Position numbers and translations under genes: made by a program. A stretch of 41,746 nt of DNA. Origin: Candidatus Aminicenantes bacterium. Its GTDB lineage: Bacteria > Acidobacteriota > Aminicenantia > Aminicenantales > Aminicenantaceae. This document shows, piece by piece, positions 37,402 through 41,746 of the stretch. Below the pieces are notes generated by a model, which worked only from the letters and a program-made list of their open reading frames with translations, ran no database searches and was not told the DNA's origin. Location of the stretch: contig JASFPJ010000003.1 in assembly GCA_050116035.1 (NCBI GenBank), positions 1 to 41,746 on the forward strand, in the 5' to 3' direction. Numbering within the stretch: position 1 is the first letter of the stretch; each line of letters starts with the position of its first letter.

Positions 37402-37776
37402 ATGCATGCTTTTCTGAATATATTCTTTTTTGTGTTTCATTCGAGCCTGATTATTTTCAACCTTTTCGGCTGGATTTGGAAAAAAACGAGATTAGCCAAC
37501 CTGATTGTCATCCTATTGACAGTGTTTTCCTGGACAATACTGGGAATATGGTATGGTTTTGGCTACTGTCCCTGCACTGACTGGCACTGGCAGGTGCGAG
37601 AAAAATTAGGATATGTGGATTTGCCCTCTTCCTACACGAAGTTTCTTATTGATTCTCTGACAGGCTTGGATGTTAAAGAAACACTGGCAAACACTCTTTC
37701 CGTCACTCTACTCGCATTGGCACTGGGTGCGTCGGTCTTCACAAACGTGAGAGATTGGAAAAGGAAACGAAAATAG
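37402..37776 (+). CDS. DUF2784-like membrane protein
   Basis: FFVFH...FNLFGW, GIWYGFGYCPCTDWHW..R; three TM segments. Confidence 0.8.
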   Translation: MHAFLNIFFFVFHSSLIIFNLFGWIWKKTRLANLIVILLTVFSWTILGIWYGFGYCPCTDWHWQVREKLGYVDLPSSYTKFLIDSLTGLDVKETLANTLSVTLLALALGASVFTNVRDWKRKRK

Positions 37777-39768
37777 ACTGTTTGCTTTCTTCTTTTTTTC
37801 TTTGAGCATCCGGAGGACTTCTTTCTTAAAATCCGGATGGACTTTTAATCCCAATGCTTCTGTTTTTTTCAGGTATTCATAAGCCTGGGAATATTTTTTC
37901 TGGTAAAAAGAGATGACGGCGAGATTGTTAAAAGCCCGGGCATAACTTGGATTGATTTCGATGACCTTTTTATAATGAACGGCCGAATCCGAGAGAAGGT
38001 TTATTTTAAAATAAAGGTTGCCGAGATTCATGTGGGCTTCAAGGAGTTCGGGATCCAACTCAATCGCTTTCAGGTATTCTTTTTGGGCTTCTTCAATCCG
38101 GTTTTCCTTTTCGAACAAGGCACCCAGAAGAGTGTGCGGTGCAGGAAGCTCTGGATCAAGTTCAATGGCTTTCTGACAGGCCTCCTTGGCTTCTTCAAGC
38201 CTCTCTTCTTCAAGATACGCATAGCCCAGGTTGGAGTAAGCACTTGCATAATCCGGTTTGATTTCGATAGCTTTTTGACAGCTCTGTATAGCCTCTTTCG
38301 TCATTCCTTTTTTCAGGTAAGCACTGGCCATGTTGGAGTAGGCTTTAAAATAGTTGGGTTTCAGCCTGATGGCCTCTTTGAATTCAACGATGGCTTTATC
38401 ATACAATTTTAGTAATAAATACGCCCGACCGAGGTTGTGATGGGCTTCTTCGAACTCGGGATCAATTTTCAAGGCCTCAGAATATTCGTGTATGGCCTCA
38501 TCGATTCTATTTGTATGCATGTAGATATTGCCCAGGTTGTTGTGGGCGCCTCTGAGTCCGGGATTCAGTTGGAGAGCCTTCCGGACAAGAGGTTCTGCTT
38601 CCTCGTACTTGTTTTTGAGGATGTATGCCCCGCCTAGAGTGGAGGTGGCCCTGTCGAACTGAGGATAGAGTTCCAATGCCTTCTGGCACATTTCAATGGC
38701 CGGGTCTGCCTTTCTTTCTCTCACATAGATAAGACCTAGATTGGCATACGCTTCGGCAAAGTTTGGGTTGAGCTCGATAGCCTTCAGGTACGCATTTATG
38801 GCCTCATCTGTCAGACCTTTTTTTGTATAGGCGATGCCTAGATTATAGTGGACTTCTGAAAAATTGGGCTGATGACGGAGGACTTTCTTGTAGAGTTGGA
38901 TGGCCTCATCGACTTTCCCCTGTCTTCGGTAAGCTATGCCTGAAAGGTTGTATGCCTCTGTAGAATTGGGATTGATTTGAATGGCCTGAAAACATTCCTT
39001 GAGTGTGGATTCGTAGTCTTTTTTTTTCAGATAAAAGATGGCCAGCATGACATGGATATCGGCTTCTTTTCGGTTTGATTTTTTTCTTTGATTATATATC
39101 GCGATGGCCTCATCCAATTGAGCCTCTGGTAAAGGAAAAACATGAGGATTAAAGCTCCTGTTCCTGTTCAGAAGAATGATTCGCCTTGTGAACTCGTCAT
39201 ATTTGGACCCAGGATTTTCACTGTTCATGATTGAGTTTTTCTCATTAAGGTCCACAGCTCCAAAAAGGTGACAGAGTTCATGGAGGAGTAATGATTTCAT
39301 GTATGTTTTTGATTTCGATTCCCAGAGTTTCGATTCCTTAAGGAGAATGTACCCATGGAGATAAGTCGCTGCTCCAGCAGGACCATGAGCGGTGCATTGT
39401 TGGCCTGTTAAGCCAAGGACGATATCATAATTCTCTTGAGAGACTTTCTTTCTTAAATCATTCAGCAACCCAAACACCGTATTGTAAGCATTGTCGGAGA
39501 TCCAGCCGTCGAGCTGACCCATACTGAGGCTGATGTTGAACCGATTTTCAAACTCTTCAGACGCACTCCTGATCAGCCAATTGATATCCGAACGCCAAGT
39601 CGGAATGATTCTAAACTCTTCATCGACAACTATTTTGAGGTTGACTGTTCTGACCGGTTGATCGTGAGGGAGGCCTGGTCTGGAAACGAGAAATATCAGA
39701 GAAGAAAGGATGAATAATCTCAGGAAGAATGAGAGTGGATAGTGAGGAATTAAATTATTCTTGAGCAA
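37708..39768 (-). CDS. Secreted zincin metalloprotease domain plus long TPR array
   Basis: HELCHLFGAVD, Met-turn SIMN; about 12 TPRs (e.g. AYANLG...AIELNP); TTG start uncertain. Confidence 0.85.
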   Translation of the reverse strand: MLKNNLIPHYPLSFFLRLFILSSLIFLVSRPGLPHDQPVRTVNLKIVVDEEFRIIPTWRSDINWLIRSASEEFENRFNISLSMGQLDGWISDNAYNTVFGLLNDLRKKVSQENYDIVLGLTGQQCTAHGPAGAATYLHGYILLKESKLWESKSKTYMKSLLLHELCHLFGAVDLNEKNSIMNSENPGSKYDEFTRRIILLNRNRSFNPHVFPLPEAQLDEAIAIYNQRKKSNRKEADIHVMLAIFYLKKKDYESTLKECFQAIQINPNSTEAYNLSGIAYRRQGKVDEAIQLYKKVLRHQPNFSEVHYNLGIAYTKKGLTDEAINAYLKAIELNPNFAEAYANLGLIYVRERKADPAIEMCQKALELYPQFDRATSTLGGAYILKNKYEEAEPLVRKALQLNPGLRGAHNNLGNIYMHTNRIDEAIHEYSEALKIDPEFEEAHHNLGRAYLLLKLYDKAIVEFKEAIRLKPNYFKAYSNMASAYLKKGMTKEAIQSCQKAIEIKPDYASAYSNLGYAYLEEERLEEAKEACQKAIELDPELPAPHTLLGALFEKENRIEEAQKEYLKAIELDPELLEAHMNLGNLYFKINLLSDSAVHYKKVIEINPSYARAFNNLAVISFYQKKYSQAYEYLKKTEALGLKVHPDFKKEVLRMLKEKKKKANSLFSFPFPISHVCEDRRTQCQCE

Positions 39769-39849
39769 ATTGAACCTTTTTACTAATAGTATAACTTCAT
39801 CCTGATTCCGTCAATTCACAATGCCATGATAGAATCCTTTTCGGATTTT

Positions 39850-39878
39850 TTGACAGAAATTTATTACTGTGGCATAAG
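39850..39878 (+). promoter_or_regulatory. Putative sigma70 promoter
   Basis: TTGACA-17 nt-CATAAG (CTGTGGCATAAGC), similar to the promoters at 12114 and 30072. Confidence 0.5.
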
Positions 39879-39884
39879 CTTTTC

Positions 39885-40057
39885 CATTCTGGAGAGGTAG
39901 AATCCCCTTCTTACGCAGGCAGACAGGAATCATGAGAAGCAGGGGACAATACCGGACAGGTCATCACACCCTGCCGCACAGCTCATCATATTATTCCTGT
40001 TATACTTCAAGGCTTTCGTGTCGTGCAGGGACAAAAGCTTCGTCTCCTGAAAGAATG
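39885..40057 (+). ncRNA. Candidate structured RNA (long irregular hairpin, about 173 nt)
   Basis: Six nested complementary segments; the 5' end lies 7 nt after a putative -10 box. Confidence 0.4.
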
Positions 40058-40245
40058 TAAGTTGGTGAATTTGAATAATTTTTCGATAGTGACTGTATTT
40101 ATATACGGAGAAGAAAATCCAAAAGATATGAGTAAGCTCAAGCATGAAAGAAAATTGAATTCCCGTTTTAGTTTTGTCTCATTGGTTGAAGGATAGAGGC
40201 ATTATAAAAAGAGTACATCCAAGAATTTTATGAGGAGGTCAGATA

Positions 40246-40692
40246 ATGGAAATTAAAATTTGGTGGATATGGATGTTTATTGCTGCTGTTTTTGTCGTCG
40301 GCGAGATATTCACTGCCGGTTTTTTTCTATTATGGTTCGGTATCGGAGCCGCAGTGGCAGGCATTCTGGCGATTTTCGGTCTCGGATTTGGATGGCAGCT
40401 CGGGGCCTTTGTTGTTGTCTCCGGCGTGCTATTTGTTGTTTCCAGGGGGCTGGCTGAGCGCTTCAGTAAAAAGCAGCCTGCCGGGATTGGCGCTGACCGG
40501 TTTATCGGTTTGGGAGCGCTCGTGCTGGAGGAGATAGATAATGACAAGAACACCGGAAGCGTCCGGCTGAAAAAGGAGGAATGGCGGGCAGATAGTGAGA
40601 CGGGTGAAGTGATTTCGGCGGGGAAAAAAGTGAGAGTCACGCGAATAGACGGCACGCATTTGGTTGTTAAAACCATTGAGGAGGAAAAATAA
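40246..40692 (+). CDS. NfeD-like (short, YbbJ-type) membrane protein
   Basis: N-terminal TM helices; C-terminal OB fold (G.V.L..EEWRA...G.KVRV..IDG.HLVV). Confidence 0.9.
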   Translation: MEIKIWWIWMFIAAVFVVGEIFTAGFFLLWFGIGAAVAGILAIFGLGFGWQLGAFVVVSGVLFVVSRGLAERFSKKQPAGIGADRFIGLGALVLEEIDNDKNTGSVRLKKEEWRADSETGEVISAGKKVRVTRIDGTHLVVKTIEEEK

Positions 40693-40693
40693 A

Positions 40694-41593
40694 ATGGAAG
40701 CATTATTGATTATTTTAGCTGTTGTCATATTTATCATTGCGGCGACGGGCTTAAAGATTGTCCGGCCCTGGGAAAAGGGACTGATCGAGAGGCTGGGAAA
40801 ATACCAGAGAACAGCGGACAGTGGATTAACGGTTATCATCCCTTTCATGGAGAAAATCAAGAAAGTGGATATGCGGGAGCAGGTGCATGATGTCCCGCCG
40901 CAGGCTGTTATCACCAAAGATAATGTTGTTGTCGAGGTGGACGCAGTGGTCTATTATGAAGTGACTGACCCGGTGAAGGTCACGTATAATGTGGCCAATT
41001 TTTACACTGCAGCGACCAAGTTAGCCCAGACGAACTTGAGGAACTTGGTGGGTGATATGGCTCTGGATGAATCGCTGACCTCAAGGGAAGTCATCAACAC
41101 TCAGCTCCGCCAGATTCTTGATGATGCCACTGACAAATGGGGCGTCAGAGTGACCAGAGTTGAACTCCAGAGAATTGAACCGCCCACTGACGTGACCGAG
41201 GCGATGCACCGCCAGATGAAGGCAGAGCGGCTCAGGCGGGCGATGATCCTTGAGGCTGAAGGGCAGAAAAAATCTGCAATTCTCAAGGCTGAAGGAGAAG
41301 CGGAAGCCATCAAAAAAGTGGCCGATGCGGAAAGGTATAAAAAGTTGACTGTGGCCAAAGGAGAGGCCGAAGCCATCGAGACTGTTTTTGGAGCGATTCA
41401 TAAAGGGGAGCCAACGAACGACCTGATTGCCATAAAATACCTTGAAGCTCTGCAGAATATTGCCGATGGACAGGCGACAAAGGTCTTTCTGCCTTATGAA
41501 GCCTCGGGTATTCTTGGGAGTATCGCCGGGATTGGCGAGCTCTTAAAGGAAAAGGTCTCTTCAAAAAAGAGAGAAGAGAAAGAAGCTCAATAG
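40694..41593 (+). CDS. SPFH / stomatin-like (QmcA-type) protein
   Basis: [37 protein letters not shown] repeats. Confidence 0.93.
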   Translation: MEALLIILAVVIFIIAATGLKIVRPWEKGLIERLGKYQRTADSGLTVIIPFMEKIKKVDMREQVHDVPPQAVITKDNVVVEVDAVVYYEVTDPVKVTYNVANFYTAATKLAQTNLRNLVGDMALDESLTSREVINTQLRQILDDATDKWGVRVTRVELQRIEPPTDVTEAMHRQMKAERLRRAMILEAEGQKKSAILKAEGEAEAIKKVADAERYKKLTVAKGEAEAIETVFGAIHKGEPTNDLIAIKYLEALQNIADGQATKVFLPYEASGILGSIAGIGELLKEKVSSKKREEKEAQ

Positions 41594-41624
41594 GTCGCCT
41601 TTTCCAATATGAATATGGCCATAT

Positions 41625-41722
41625 GGGGACGTTCCCTGGGGAGGCATCAATCCGCCCCAGTTATTTCGTAAACCTCATCAAAACGAGAAATAGAGTGTCT
41701 GCGCAGGGAATGTTCCCTTTTT
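41625..41722 (+). other. Structured element / terminator-like region after the SPFH gene
   Basis: GGGGACGTTCCCTG (41625-41638) pairs with CAGGGAATGTTCCC (41704-41717) allowing G-U, followed by a T-run. Confidence 0.45.
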
Positions 41723-41746
41723 GACACCTTATCTGGCCCTCTTTGT

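Noticed and set aside
40024-40040. ykkC-type riboswitch (GGGACAAAAGC fragment)
   Set aside because: The 5' AGGGTTCCG core and the following CCGGGAG are absent.
39932-40060. 42-codon ORF (MRSRGQ...) inside the RNA candidate
   Set aside because: Weak RBS spacing and no recognisable features; not excluded without ribosome profiling.
1-41746. Prophage, IS, integron, tRNA or rRNA
   Set aside because: No integrase, transposase, phage structural gene, cloverleaf or rRNA-like sequence recognised.

Overview
Chromosomal, non-mobile window of about 40 CDS from an anaerobic diderm bacterium. Secreted six-bladed propellers, DUF4097 and beta-barrel proteins and archaeal-like genes suggest Ca. Aminicenantes or a similar sediment lineage (inference). 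In order it holds: a degenerate GGDEF protein; an ECF sigma / ZAS anti-sigma / beta-solenoid / beta-barrel cluster; bzdPQM-like benzoyl-CoA reductase activator and ferredoxin genes without bzdNO; a cluster of REP-like palindromic repeats; cutC and panE; several secreted hydrolases; xdhC-mocA beside two Tat-exported xanthine-oxidase-family molybdoenzymes (IorAB-like and PaoABC-like); a putative arsenic/metal methylation cluster (methyltransferase, Cys-rich AbrB/HgcC-like protein, arsM, HhH protein); PilZ; two radical SAM genes; PEBP; DUF2784; a TPR-zincin; and nfeD-SPFH. I saw no rRNA, tRNA, CRISPR array or transposase. The best novelty candidates are (1) a class I HMG-CoA-reductase-fold protein downstream of arsM that lacks all four canonical catalytic residues and carries a Zn-ribbon-like insertion, (2) an ArsR-free arsM unit with a dense palindromic operator in front of a Cys-rich AbrB-type gene, (3) a promoter-aligned ~173-nt rod-like RNA candidate at 39885-40057, and (4) the orphan BzdPQM electron-activation module. 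All calls come from reading motifs by eye; no searches were run.
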